Shown here: positions 14,630 through 27,593 of the stretch, in pieces | How positions within the stretch are numbered: the stretch's first letter is position 1 | Layout of the letters: the number at the start of each line of letters is the position of its first letter | Assembly (NCBI RefSeq): GCF_006345805.1 | Contig: NC_043020.1 | Location: 30,380,001 to 30,444,000, forward strand | DNA from: Octopus sinensis | Lineage: Eukaryota | Direction: 5' to 3' | DNA: 64,000 nucleotides | Translations under genes and position numbers: made by a program | Notes under the pieces: model-generated | Seen by the model: the letters and a program-made list of their open reading frames with translations, nothing else | Told to the model about the DNA's origin: nothing | Database searches by the model: none

Positions 14630-15200
14630 GCGGTGAGCTGGCAGAACCGTCAGCACGCCAGGCGAAATGCTTAGCGGTATTTCGTCTGCGTTACGTTGTG
14701 AGTTCAAATTCCGCCGAGGTCGGCTTTGCCTTTCATCCTTTCGGGGTCGATAAATTAAGTACCAGTTACGCACTGGGGTCGATGTAATCGACTTAATACC
14801 TATGTCTGTCCTTGTTTGTCCCCTCTATGTTTAGCCCTTTGTGGGTAATAAAGAAATAGGTATTTCGTCTGCCGCTACGTTCTGCGTTCAAATCCCGCCG
14901 AGGTCGACTTTGCTTTTCATTCTTTCGGGGTCGATTAAATAAATACCAGTTACGCACTGGGGTCGATGTAATCGACTTAATCCCTTTGTCTGTCCTTGTT
15001 TGTCCCTTCTGTGTGTAGCCCTTTGTGGGCAGTAAAGAAATAAGTATTTCGTCTGTTTTTGCGTTCTGAGTTCAAATTCTGCCGAGGTCGACTTTGCCTT
15101 TCATCCTTTCGAGGTCGATAAATTAAGTACCAGTTACGTACTAGGGTCGATCTAATCGACTGGTCCCCTTCCCAAAAATTTCAGGCCTTGTGCCTCGAGC
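14630..15200 (+). mobile_element. Head-to-tail trimer of the same SINE body (period about 183 bp)
   Basis: One full head is followed by two more GTATTTCGTCTG...GTTCAAAT..GCCGAGGTCG units starting near 14861 and 15044. Confidence 0.8.
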
Positions 15201-16781
15201 AGAAAAGAACATACGACTTCGAATCTATGTGTGCGTGTGTGAGGAGGGAAGGGTCTTCCTTAGATCAGAGACCGGTGAACGGTCGATGCAACGATGAGAC
15301 CGGGGTCCACGAAGCAGAGGTGGCGGCAATTAGGGTCCAACGACGACGAAAGAACGCAGACACAGAAATATACGGAGAACTCCTTTAATATACACTACTG
15401 TGCGTGTGTGTGCGCGCGCTAAGAAACGGAGACGTAAACAAACTTACACCGGCTGACAAGCGGAGGTGAGGACAAACACAAAGACACACACACGAATACA
15501 ATATATTCGCGCGAGTGTGTGCGTGTATAAAGATACGTGTGTGTGTGTTTGTGTGTGCAACGAAAGAAAGTAGACAGACAGAGAGAGAGAGAGATAGAGA
15601 GTGAGAGAAAGATATAGATAGATAGATAGAAAAAGAGAGAGAGGGGGATAGATAGATGTAGAGAGTGGCATTTATGATTTTAACGCATGTTTGTAAATGC
15701 ACGTTGGTTAACTCTTCGGCTTTACTGTGCAGAGTCGCCTCCCCTGCTGGAAGCGTGTCTCGCCTTCGCGCAAATGGCTTTCCTTCCTCAGGTCTGCTCT
15801 GATCGAGAAGAAATAAGATTTAAAAGTCTTTTTTAATCGTGCCTAGCTGCTCTTTTTTTTTAGATACTGAGTAACTGTGCTCCAGCATGGCCGCAGTCAA
15901 ATGACTGAAACAAATAAAAGAATAAATCAAGTGTGTCCTTGTTTTTAACATAATAGTGAGATTTGAGATTTGGCTGCTGTTTCTTTTACGTTGAATGACT
16001 ACATAAAGAAATGAGTCATTAAGTCTGCGTCTGCGCGAACCTGTGATTACATAGCAACAGCAACCACAACCACAACAATATTGAGTGCCAGTGGACAGAA
16101 TTGTTAGCAAACCGGACGAAATGCTTATTGGCACCGCCATCAATTTTCTCGTCTTCATGCTCTGAGTTCAAATTCGTCGAAGTCGTCTTTGCCTTTCATC
16201 CTTTTCAGGAGACTGAAAGAAACCCGTTGTGTATATATATATATATATTTGCATGTGTGTCCTTGTGTCGATGTTTGTCCTCTCAATGCTGCTTGACAAC
16301 CAATGTTGGTGTGTTTATGTCCCTGTAACTTAGCAGTTTGGCAAAAGAGACTGATAGAATACTAGGCTTACAAAGAATAAGTAACTGAGGTCGATTTCTT
16401 TGACTAAAAGCCCCTTGAGATGGTGCTCCAGCATGGCCACAGCTAAATGATTGAAACATGCAAAAGAATAGATAAATATGTTTTCTATAAATTGCACCAA
16501 CATTGAATAAAAGGATACATGCCCTTTCTTTCAGGGGGTAGCATGCAACATGAAGGGCAATTTAGCTGCTGTTTTTAGCAGAATGAGTAACCACAGAAAG
16601 GCACCATTGGTGTATTGTATGGGTGGCTTCTTCAGTCAAAATCTAAACTTTAATTTAAAACAAGTTTGAAAAAAAACAACACCAAGACATATTTTTAAAA
16701 GAGATAATTTTATTTTTGATACTTGATAAATATAATTTGTAAATTCATAACAGTAATTACATATATATGTTTATATAAGAT

Positions 16782-16825
<44 letters not shown>

Positions 16826-17672
16826 TCTTCATCTAGGAAAAACACACCTCAGACAAGTTTCACTGACTACAGTAGCCTCTGCACAAAATAATAATAATAA
16901 ATTATTATGATTATTAGTATTAATAATAATATGTATATATTCATATGGATATTGCTATGTAAGTATGCGTGTGTGTATATATTTCTCAAAGATATTCTAT
17001 ATATATAAATGTGTGTGTATGTGAGTATATGCATGTAATGGTTTCTGATGTTTCCAGCTTCAATAAAACAGATGTGTACGAAGATGTGTGTGGATGTGTG
17101 TGTGTGGGGGGGAGTGAATTCATGTCTGAAGACACAGACAACACAACAGCATAGGTGAGTGTCCAATGTGGATCTCCGCTGCCCTCGCTACATTCCCTGT
17201 GTACCTTCACATGTAGGGAATCCATGGAAGTGCTGGGAGACCATCTTCACAGTCATGTGTCATACCCCAAATGACTAAAAAAAAACAAAAACTAAAAGGT
17301 TGTCTGCACACACACATCATCATCATCATCATCATCATTTAGTGTTCACTTTCATTTTGCTTGCATCGGGCAGAGAATATTTGGTCAGGCAGACTTTCTA
17401 CGGCACGGACAAATTCCACCTGAGCCTTGCAAGCATTATATATAATTATATACAGATATTTATATATATCATCATCATCATCATCTCCATTTCAGTGTAA
17501 CGAACAAGAAGGGTGGAAATCAGGAAGCAGCAAAATAAACCTCATACCTGTACTCAGGTGTGTATACACACACACACACACTCATTCCTCTTGCTACCTG
17601 TCGCTGCCACTTAAAAAATCTAACCTGCTACAATGCTACATCGATGTCACAGTTACCTACAACACCAGCTTC

Positions 17673-17974
17673 GCCCCTACAAGCTCCATACCTATCCATC
17701 TATTGCTACCCAAGCCTTAAGCTCAGCCCTTGTGTTGCGTTCTGTCCCCAAAGGCACAGCACCTACCAACAGGCCCCTACAAGCTCCATACCTATCGATC
17801 TATTGCTACCCAAGCCTTAAGCTCAGCCCTTGTGTTGCGTTCTGTCCCCAAAGGCACAGCACCTACCAACAGGCCCCTACAAGCTCCATACCTATCGATC
17901 TATTGCTACCCAAGCCTTAAGCTCAGCCCTTGTGTTGCGTTCTGTCCCCAAAGGCACAGCACCTACCAACAGGC
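17673..17974 (+). repeat. 100-bp tandem repeat, 3 near-identical copies
   Basis: GCCCCTACAAGCTCCATACC... recurs at 17673, 17773 and 17873. Confidence 0.95.
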
Positions 17975-18436
17975 TCCGTCCTACTTGTCCTAATCTGCTC
18001 CCTGTCTCTCTCGGACACAGATTTACAAACGTGGGACTTAGAAATGAATCATTTCAATGTCTTAAAGGAGGTCAAAGGTCAGTGTCCTGTCTTCCTCCTC
18101 ATTAGATTGGGGATAATGATGGGGCGGGGGGGGGGAAGCAAAATTATATAAATATATCGTGTATCTATATATTTGTGTCTACGTGCATACACACACACAC
18201 ACACCTACACAATCATCATTTACCATCCATGGGATGGATGGTTTGACATGATCCAATGTGTCCAAGGACAGCATCAAGCTCCTCTGTCCGCATTTGCTGG
18301 CAGTGAAACTGACCATTTACACATCTATTTCACTTATATCGTCTGTCTGTGCACAGATATTTTCTGTTGAAATGGATATAAAATATACATTTATACAGAT
18401 TTATGTATTATATATCAATTTAAATATATATAATTA

Positions 18437-18480
<44 letters not shown>

Positions 18481-18703
18481 ACGTATCCAATTTCCAATAT
18501 ATATATATATATATACCCTTACACATACACATAAACATAATCTAAAGGAAAATATATAAAGTATATAAAAATATATATGATATATTTTTTTACATTAGTA
18601 ATCTACAATATACATACATGTGTGTGTGTGTGTGTGTGTGATACATGTGAGCCAGAGATAATTTGTCCGAAACGAAATCATACAAATTACAAAAGACCTC
18701 TGT

Positions 18704-18743
<40 letters not shown>

Positions 18744-18894
18744 AGATAGATAGACAGACAAACCTAAAGTCTGTACCTGTTTAAGGCAACGGACCAATCA
18801 GCTGTGAAGACGCACGTCACATGCAAGGCTGCCACCTGGTGTTTCTGCTCCCTCAACTTATGCGAAAGTTCACAGACGAACATGTGTACAAAGT

Positions 18895-18928
<34 letters not shown>

Positions 18929-19819
18929 TGCTGTGAAACATGGGAGACAAAAAGAGACAGCTTTCAACTTTGTTGCTCACACCATATTGTGTGTGTGTGT
19001 GTGTGTTTTTACCCTCATCATTCAATGAGGACATTTCCATGCTTGCATGGGTCATGCAAGTTTTGTTGAGGGAGATTTTCCATGGCTGGATACTGTCCCT
19101 ATCACCAACCTCAAACCCTCATTTGTTTCCAAGCAAAGTAATATTCCCCGTGGCCAGACATTTTCGTCACAGAAGACTATAAACAAACAACATGTTCCTT
19201 TATAGCCATCCCATAATGTCAAGACAAGGGCACACACACACACACACACACACGTATGTATGTATTTAAAAAACGAAGTAGATCTCATATATTGAGGAGA
19301 GTATTATAGGCAGAAAGATAAAACCTGTTCTGTGAAAAACAGAACTATTTTAACACCCAAAACAGTTTTCACATCACAAGACAATTCTATACACAATATT
19401 AACGAATACTGAAAAAGTGTGAGCTGGATGAAGACTCGCTGGCAGAGATGTTGATTGTTGTTTGTGTGTGTGACATGTAACAACTTGAAATGGTCAACAC
19501 AAGAGAACGGTTGAGCGCTTGGCTGTTTGATTTCTTTTGCATTTAAACCAGACACGTCTGGGACAAACATTCTTTCTGTTCTATGTTCAAGCTGGCCAGA
19601 TCCCACCTCTCACATCTACCCTACAATGTCATTCTAAAAATATACAGCCACATCACTGAAATCTCAAAGCCACAAGATAATCTAGGATTAATTTTTTTAA
19701 ATGTGAATAAACAAGGATTACATTTGACAAAGGAATCTAAATGCTAAAGGGTTTAAAAACTGAAGTCAACTGACGCCAGCGAAGAGTCGTTTATCCAAAA
19801 GGTCTGTAGTAATAAGGGG

Positions 19820-19990
19820 AGTATAAAACAAGGCACCGTCCTTGGACCTTTTAGGATTTCTCATCAGATAACACCAAAGTGATGCTGAACATTAAAACAA
19901 ATGCAAAACATAGACACAAGCTCTCCAACATGACCTACAAGCCACGTCTGCATGAGCAAATAATTATAAAGACCCTTTAATGGCCACCAG
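19820..19990 (+). mobile_element. Highly decayed LINE (CR1/L2-like) reverse-transcriptase relic
   Basis: Scattered motifs KQGTVLGP, DNTKV (DDTK-like) and LQHDLQA..*AN in the expected order. Confidence 0.55.
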
Positions 19991-21205
19991 CTAGAGTCTG
20001 CTAGAGTCAGCACTCTGGCCACCAGCAAAAAGAAACTTTATCTTGATCATAAATATAATTAATCTCAACTCATCCACCCCTACTGAATCCTGGTGGCCTA
20101 ACATTTACCGTGATATGACCCCTTTATCTCAACACCCCCACTAACTTATGTAGTCCTCTGTAGAGGGCATTTTCAGAAAAACAAACAACGATGTTTAACC
20201 CACCAGAAATTGTTTGTCTTAAGTTGGCAAAACTCCCATTTGCAACATTGCTCTCTCTCTCTCTTTCACAAGACTGACCTCACTATTCCTGTGTATGAGT
20301 ATTACAAATAAAAAAGAAGAAAAAACTGCAACTGTCTGTTGAGCCAGTGTGGCAGAGGTGGCTCATCAAATGAGCAGGATGATCTCAAGCTCAAATTCAC
20401 AGCCCCCACATGGGGCCATGGTTGGGTGGAGAGAAGATGCTGGGATCTTCGTCCTGCAGAGGGACTGAACATACGTAATCCTATCCAATCCATGTATATA
20501 TATTGTAAATGCTTTTGATGTATGGAATGAGACATCCCTTAACTGAAAAACAGGTCAAGGTGAGCAATAGGAAGGTCATCTACCTGTGAAACGGTGCTTC
20601 AATAACGTATTCATGTGTGTGTGTGTGTGTGTGTGTGTGCATGTGTGTGTACATGTATACGTATAAATGGAAAGATCTGGCGGTTCTTGTTTGAAATTCT
20701 ACCAAACAGGAAACAACAGCCTAAAGTAATGGAAAGAGCAGTTTTGTGGACATCAGGAATCCAGAGTTTGGCATTGAAGAGCCAACTGTTATTATTCTGC
20801 AGTGGTTCCACCACCACAACCACCAGTGAAAAGAAGCGAGGACTTAAAAGCATAACAAAGGTTACCTCTGAGGGAGAGGGGGAGCAATTAAGGGCTACCG
20901 TGAAGCACTTTCTTTCCAATATCTGAGACTAAACTTCTGGGAAAACAACAAATGAACCAGGCCTGAAGGGTTTTAACAGAAACCCAACAGACATTGGCAA
21001 TGATAAGAATGAAACAGAATGGTCAGCACTGGAGATGGTGCTCCAGCATGGCCTCACGTGTAGCAATGAGAACAAAAAACAAAAGAAAACTTAGGCTCAA
21101 CTTTAGGCTTTGTAAATAAGTTGGAGCTCGCTTCAAGCACAGCTATGTTTAGACACACAAGTTTTGCATACATTAAGTAGGAAATGAAGAATTCACACAC
21201 ACACA

Positions 21206-21243
<38 letters not shown>

Positions 21244-21960
21244 CATTACAACATGTTTTGGCATAGTTTTTAATTAACAAATTCACTCACAAGGCATTGG
21301 TCCACCTGAGTCCATAGTAGAAGACACTTTGCCCAAGGGCTTGCCCAGTGGGATTGAACCAGGAACAATGTGGCTGTTAAGTGAATTTCTTAACCACACA
21401 GCCATGCTTATATATCTGTATATACACACATACTCACAATTATGCATGGACACATATACATATGTATATACTATATATTGTATTTATATATATAAGACTC
21501 TGCATGTGTGTGTGGAGAGAGAGACAGAGTGTGTGTGTGTGTGTGTGTATAGATTGGTAGATAGGAAGATAGATAAGCAGATAAATATATAGACAGACAG
21601 ACAGATTAAGTATGTAGACATATGTCTTTATAAAATAAAGAAAAATAGATATATGGCTATATTTGTAATATATTGTATTCTATATATATATGAATATATA
21701 TATTTATGCGTGTATGTGTGTGTAATGTGGCGGTAGAAGTGTATTTTAGCTGAGCAATATACAAGGATACTATCAATGCGTATACAAACTCTCTCTCACA
21801 CACACACACACATTTGTATGTGTGTGTGCATGTTCATATGTATACGCCACATTAAATTTGCGCTTGAAACGTAAGTGTATGCATGTATGTTTTTATATAT
21901 ATATATATTCATTTGATTGTCTCTGTAAGTGTATAAATATATATGTATTCGTATATATAT

Positions 21961-21992
<32 letters not shown>

Positions 21993-22063
21993 TCATACAT
22001 ACATATATATACACGGGTTATATAAAAGTCTCTAAATTTACACTACATGAGTATAAGTGAATA

Positions 22064-23491
22064 TCAAAAGATATTTTCCGTATCCAACGCCCTCAACAAC
22101 TCTGTGCCATTAAGCAGACGATCGCCCGACCAGACTGGAGCATTCACTTCACAGTCAGTCTGCGTGAGGCGTGGGAGCCACTTGGAGGCTGCAGCCAAGT
22201 CTGTGGTGAATGTATACGGCCTCATTAAATTCTGGTGTTTAGGAATTTTGGCTCTGAATTTCAGATTGTTGTTCTGCATCGCAGAAACGTCTGCTGGTGA
22301 CATAGGAAGAGATTCAGTGGCCATGCTGTTGCTGCCATTCCTTTGCAGGGATAGTTTATCGCCATTGGAAACCAGAAGATGATCGTCATTATCATTGTAC
22401 TCAAAGTGGTCGCCTGTTTTTGCGTCACGAGGGGAGTCAGTGGCACAGCTATTGACGGAGAATGTTCTTTTAGCAACAACTTGCCAAACATTCTCCTCCT
22501 CATTGCTGTCATTAGTAGTAGTAGTAGTGTTAGTAGTAGTAGTAGTAGTGGTGGTCGGTGATGGTGGTGGTGTGCCTTCATGTGAATTTGAAACCCTATT
22601 CAGCTGTCCAGCAGGAATGAGATCAACCCCGAACAGTGTTCGGATATCAAAGGATGAACTTGATGACCTGGCATCAGGCAAGGCATTAGAAAGGCCAGTC
22701 GTGTTGTTGACTGCGCTGGTGCCCTCAGCTAAATTTGAACCCTTGGTCATCGTGTTTGACAGTGCCTGATCGTTTTGTCCTCCAGGGAGGTGATCCACAC
22801 CAAACAGTGCTCGGCAGTCATCAAAGAGAAATGATGACATACGACGAGTACTACTACTACTGCTACTATTACTACTACTACTGGTGGCAGCGACCCTGGT
22901 GGGATTCTCAACAGAATGAGATACATCAAAGCTGGGGTTCCCTTTTGCTTGGGGAAGCCTCTCACCATACAGGGCTTGGATGTCATTGGAGGAGTCTGAT
23001 TGTAGAGAATTAGGCAAGAGGCAGCCCCCGACCGTGGGGATAAGAGTGCTCTTAACTGGATTTGAAACTCTGGTGGCAGCATTCAGTTCTCTCTGATCCA
23101 GCTGACCAACTCCAACAAGGTCTTCACCAAACAGCGCTCGCTTATCGTAGGGTGGGCTCGGACTCCCTTGTACCATGGGAGAAGTAATGTTGGTTGTGGT
23201 GCCCTTCATAGAATTTGAAACTCTGATGTTGTTGTTGCTGCACGAACTGGTGGTAATGACAGAACTGGGACCAGTTAATGTAGGGGACGTGACTGTTGTG
23301 TTGAGGGCCCACCACCATGCCCAATCCTGCTCTTCAGGTTGATTGGTTGACATGGAAGAACCATTGTTGTTGCCATGGGGATTCGCTGCTGTGATGGCCG
23401 TGTTGACACTGATTGGGTTCTGGGTGGTTTGTCTTCTGCCTGTGAAAAACGAGTTGTCCAATTTGGGGAGGGATTCTGCTGGAGTTTGTGT
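22064..23491 (-). CDS. HIF1A: HIF-alpha terminal exon with C-TAD (1428 nt, 475 codons plus stop)
   Basis: Acceptor ttctctcttctttctcttctaacag|ACA CAA; ends KWLPRLTQTDCEVNAPVWSGDRLLNGTELLRALDTENIF*, containing the CEVNAP FIH asparagine-hydroxylation motif. Confidence 0.93.
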   Translation of the reverse strand, partial: TQTPAESLPKLDNSFFTGRRQTTQNPISVNTAITAANPHGNNNGSSMSTNQPEEQDWAWWWALNTTVTSPTLTGPSSVITTSSCSNNNIRVSNSMKGTTTNITSPMVQGSPSPPYDKRALFGEDLVGVGQLDQRELNAATRVSNPVKSTLIPTVGGCLLPNSLQSDSSNDIQALYGERLPQAKGNPSFDVSHSVENPTRVAATSSSSNSSSSSSTRRMSSFLFDDCRALFGVDHLPGGQNDQALSNTMTKGSNLAEGTSAVNNTTGLSNALPDARSSSSSFDIRTLFGVDLIPAGQLNRVSNSHEGTPPPSPTTTTTTTTNTTTTTNDSNEEENVWQVVAKRTFSVNSCATDSPRDAKTGDHFEYNDNDDHLLVSNGDKLSLQRNGSNSMATESLPMSPADVSAMQNNNLKFRAKIPKHQNLMRPYTFTTDLAAASKWLPRLTQTDCEVNAPVWSGDRLLNGTELLRALDTENIF

Positions 23492-24626
23492 CTGTTAGAA
23501 GAGAAAGAAGAGAGAATTACATAACAGAGATACATAAACACATATCACACAGACAGAGAGGGTGTTTGGGTTAAGTTTGACGATTATTGGTGAAGAGTCA
23601 AAGGTGTTGGAGAGCATATATATAGATGGAAGGATGGATGGATATGACAGGCTTCTTATAGTTTCCCTCTACCAAATCCACTTATAAAGTCACAAGGCTT
23701 TGGTTAGCCTGAGGTAGAAGAACTTGCCCAAGGTACCATGCAGTGGGACTGAACCCAGAACCGTGTGGTTGGAAAGCAAGCTTCATACTGCACAGCCAAG
23801 CCTGTATCTGTCTCATCTAACACCAACCGTTGGGCTGGATTCATTGTAACATGACATCAGTACGACTGAGATTGTCTCCTCAACTCAATATTGTCTCTAC
23901 TCATCCATGAAACACTTTACGGGATGCAGTCAATGCTTTTTATACTTGGTGGTACAGAGAAGAGAGAATGATTCTTCATGATCAAAAACGAAGGGGAGAT
24001 GGAGAGAGAGAGAGCCAACCCCCATCCTCATTGATATCCAGCACTGTACCCTTGTGTAACAATGTGTGTAGGTCAGCAAGTGGACCCACCCAACATCGAG
24101 ACAGTCAGGTTGTTGTTGCTGGAAAACTAATTTGCAATCAGTGTGGAATGACATTAAATGAAAATGATAGTTTCCAATGCTTGCAAGGGTCAAACGGAAT
24201 TTGGTGACCCGATGACCTTTCTGTTGTCAACCCTCACCTGTTCCTGAGCAAAGTAATACTCTCCCCCGAAGCAAGACGGGTTTTCCTGGAAGGTCAGAAA
24301 CAGACATCACCATTTGAATGTCAATGCGGCTTCTATACAACAGTTGTGCAACGTCAAGACAAAGAGACAACACCACACACACGTACACACAAGCATGCAC
24401 ATACGGACGCATTCACAAACGGACTTGCATGAAAGCATGTTAATGTGCAACGGTGTTCAATGGACGACTTACCGGCAGATAAGGTATTCCCATATGTTGG
24501 TTGACAAAGTAACCATTGTTACGGTCTTCTCCACTGACCAGAAGGTTCCGCAAAACACTGTCCTTGTTGTTGTTGTTGGATCCTGCAATTATTGTTGAAT
24601 AAAGGATTAAACAAAACACACACATT

Positions 24627-24687
<61 letters not shown>

Positions 24688-26013
24688 GTTATAATTTTAA
24701 AAAATGATGTTAAGCAAGAAACTCTTCGTCCAAAATCAGAGACATTTTCAAGAGTGTTGATCATCATCATCATCCTCATCATCGTTTAACGTCCGCTTTC
24801 CATGCTGGTATGGGTTGGACGGTTAGACTGGGGTCCGGGAAGCCAGGAAACTGCACCAGGCTCCAGTCTGATCTGGCATCTACAGCTGGATGCTCTTCCT
24901 AATGCCAACCACCCTTAGAGTGTAGTGGGTGCTTTTTATGTGCCACTGGCACAGGAGCCAATCAGACAGGCCTGGCATTGATCCCGTTTGGATGGTACAT
25001 TTTATACAGAAAGTTATTACATCAGAGTTGCTTGCAAGTGGCAGCCTTTTTCTCTGACAAAATACTTTGATATAAAGACACATACTCACCATATTCACTG
25101 ATCAGTTGTCGTGTCTGTGCTGTATTCCAACTAAATCCTTGCTGGACAGTACCACCGCCACCATCACCTCTTCCTTGAAATTGGGTGTCTTCTGGCATGA
25201 TTATCGACTCGAGTCTGCGGACTTTCCCTGGGGTTGGACCTTTAAGTTTTGTAGTGACTGGTTGGATTGGTAGCTCCTTGCCAATCTGCAGAAGAGTTTG
25301 ATTAGGGTTTGGTATCAGCACTTGGGGACTTGCTGTCTCTAGTAATTGTGAAATTTCTTTTTCTGACAGTGAAATCCCTGGGGTCCCCTCAAAAGCGGAA
25401 ATGTATTTCTGTAATTTTTCTGGTGGCAATTTAGAGGTGGGTGGTGACAAATTTGGAGCTATAGGGGGTTCCGTTAGTGACCCTTCCTTGTTGAGAGCAA
25501 ATATTTGCTGAAGCTCCTCTGCTTTTCGAGTTGGGTTGTAGTTCATATTCGACTTCATTGTCCTCAGCTGCTCTGTGAGTAACACTTGTTGCTGTAAGGG
25601 TGGTTCTGGTGAACTCCCATTGAGGACAACCTTGCTCAAGAGCCTTTCACCACCTCCTTGGAGGTTAGGGTTAGGGTTAACTAACATCGCTGGTGACGGG
25701 GATTTTTGTAGTGATGGGCTGTTGTTGAAAGGAGGTGTTTGCATAAACCCTTTGTCCAGACAGGCTTCTGTTTTGTTTGCAAGACTCAAGATGTCTTTAG
25801 AATACAGCCTGAAGAAGAAGAAGAGTGTAAGACAAGAGTAAAAATGATGACAAAACCAAGAGAATTTATTTTCACGGGGGTCTTGGACCCTTTACGTGCG
25901 AGTATGGTAGTAAAAATATCACAGTCCCATATAAGTGAGCAATGTCACAAGAGATGTGAGAAAGGTCATACAACACTTGTGTCATAGAGAGAGTCAGCAA
26001 CTGGTCTACATTG

Positions 26014-26083
<70 letters not shown>

Positions 26084-27134
26084 CCTTAGTTTCCAATGCT
26101 CCTCGTGGTCTCTGTATTTGGAGACTGAGAACCAGCTGACATTCAGAAAATGTCTCAATCATCTCAGATGACTGCTCAAGAAACATCACGTGATGCTCAT
26201 CTCACAATACCTCAATAACATATTCACCTAACCCATGCTAGCATGGAAAAACAGATGTAAAACAAATTCATACATATAACTGCATTGCATAATGTACATA
26301 TTAATAAATGAAAGTTATTAAAAGGCCATGATTAAATAAATCTATCTTCACCTCTCATAGCTTCAGACTTTATACTTTATATCCTCGTCACTGAATATTT
26401 TATCAGATTTTCTGGATTTTCAGTTACCTCGACACTCAACATTATACTTCTTTGTAATCATTTATGCAGACAGATAACCGAATCTGTAGGAGGAGCTTAC
26501 TGTGATAGCTGCAAGATTCTCTGAATCTACCTCACACACACACAGCAGTGGTTGTGTTGCTAACAACCGATGCGTGAACAACTGAACAAAACTCAAATAT
26601 CTGCTGACACTTCAAAGAAAAACCAGCTTCACCTTTCAGATTCTTTGTTCAGCTTCAGGTTAACCCTGAACAGGCAGGCCTAGGATCAAAGGTGCTCCAG
26701 TTGTGACTGTCCAGTCTAGATTGACACTTGTCCTTCTTTACTTAAGAAAGGGTGGATGAAGTTCGAAGCACATGTCTGCTATTTCTAGTGGATCAAGTGA
26801 TTCTCCAGACGCTCTCTCATTAACTTGCCCCCCCCCTCCACTGACTTTTACTAATCACAAATGGAAATAACAATTAGAAAGAGAGAAAGAAAGAGATGTG
26901 AAAATAAAACCAGAGTTAAGAGAAGATTCCTCCCCACACAAAGACTTACATATCTCCAATGTCTGGGCTCAGCAACAAACTCCCTTCATTTGGTGAGGAC
27001 AGGGTGGCCTGAAGAATGTCGTATTCCGTCTCTTCTATGCTGAAATCCTTTTGTTATCATCAAGTATTTGAAAGAAATAGGAATAGTAAAGAATTTAAAT
27101 GTTGTATATATACATTATGTAGCGGCGCCGCCGC

Positions 27135-27168
<34 letters not shown>

Positions 27169-27558
27169 ATCATCATCATCATCATATATATATATATAAA
27201 TAAAGTTTTAAAAAAGCAGATAAACAAAAGGAATGACATAACAGTCTTATCTTTACAGCTGTTTCGGATGAACCATGACTAGGGTCATAGCCACGTATAT
27301 TATGTAATAAAGTTCATAATTTCATGGTGTCGACCTGTTCACTGACAAAATTCCGTGCTGCACGGAATTTTGTCAGTGAACAAGTCGCGGTTTCAAAACG
27401 ATGAAAATAATTTGACAAATTAAATTTAAATGTTGAAGTGAATCGAACGGTTTTTGTGTGTTTCTTAAATGGCTTATAAACACCTTTCACGCTGCAATTG
27501 TTTTCGTTCCAGCACACGATCTCAGATCAAATTACTTGCTATGCAAGTACATCTCCGT

Positions 27559-27593
<35 letters not shown>

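Noticed and set aside
23930-24135. Possible extra HIF-alpha exon after the acceptor-like ttttccag
   Set aside because: No good in-phase donor, no HIF-like sequence, and it is not needed for phase continuity.
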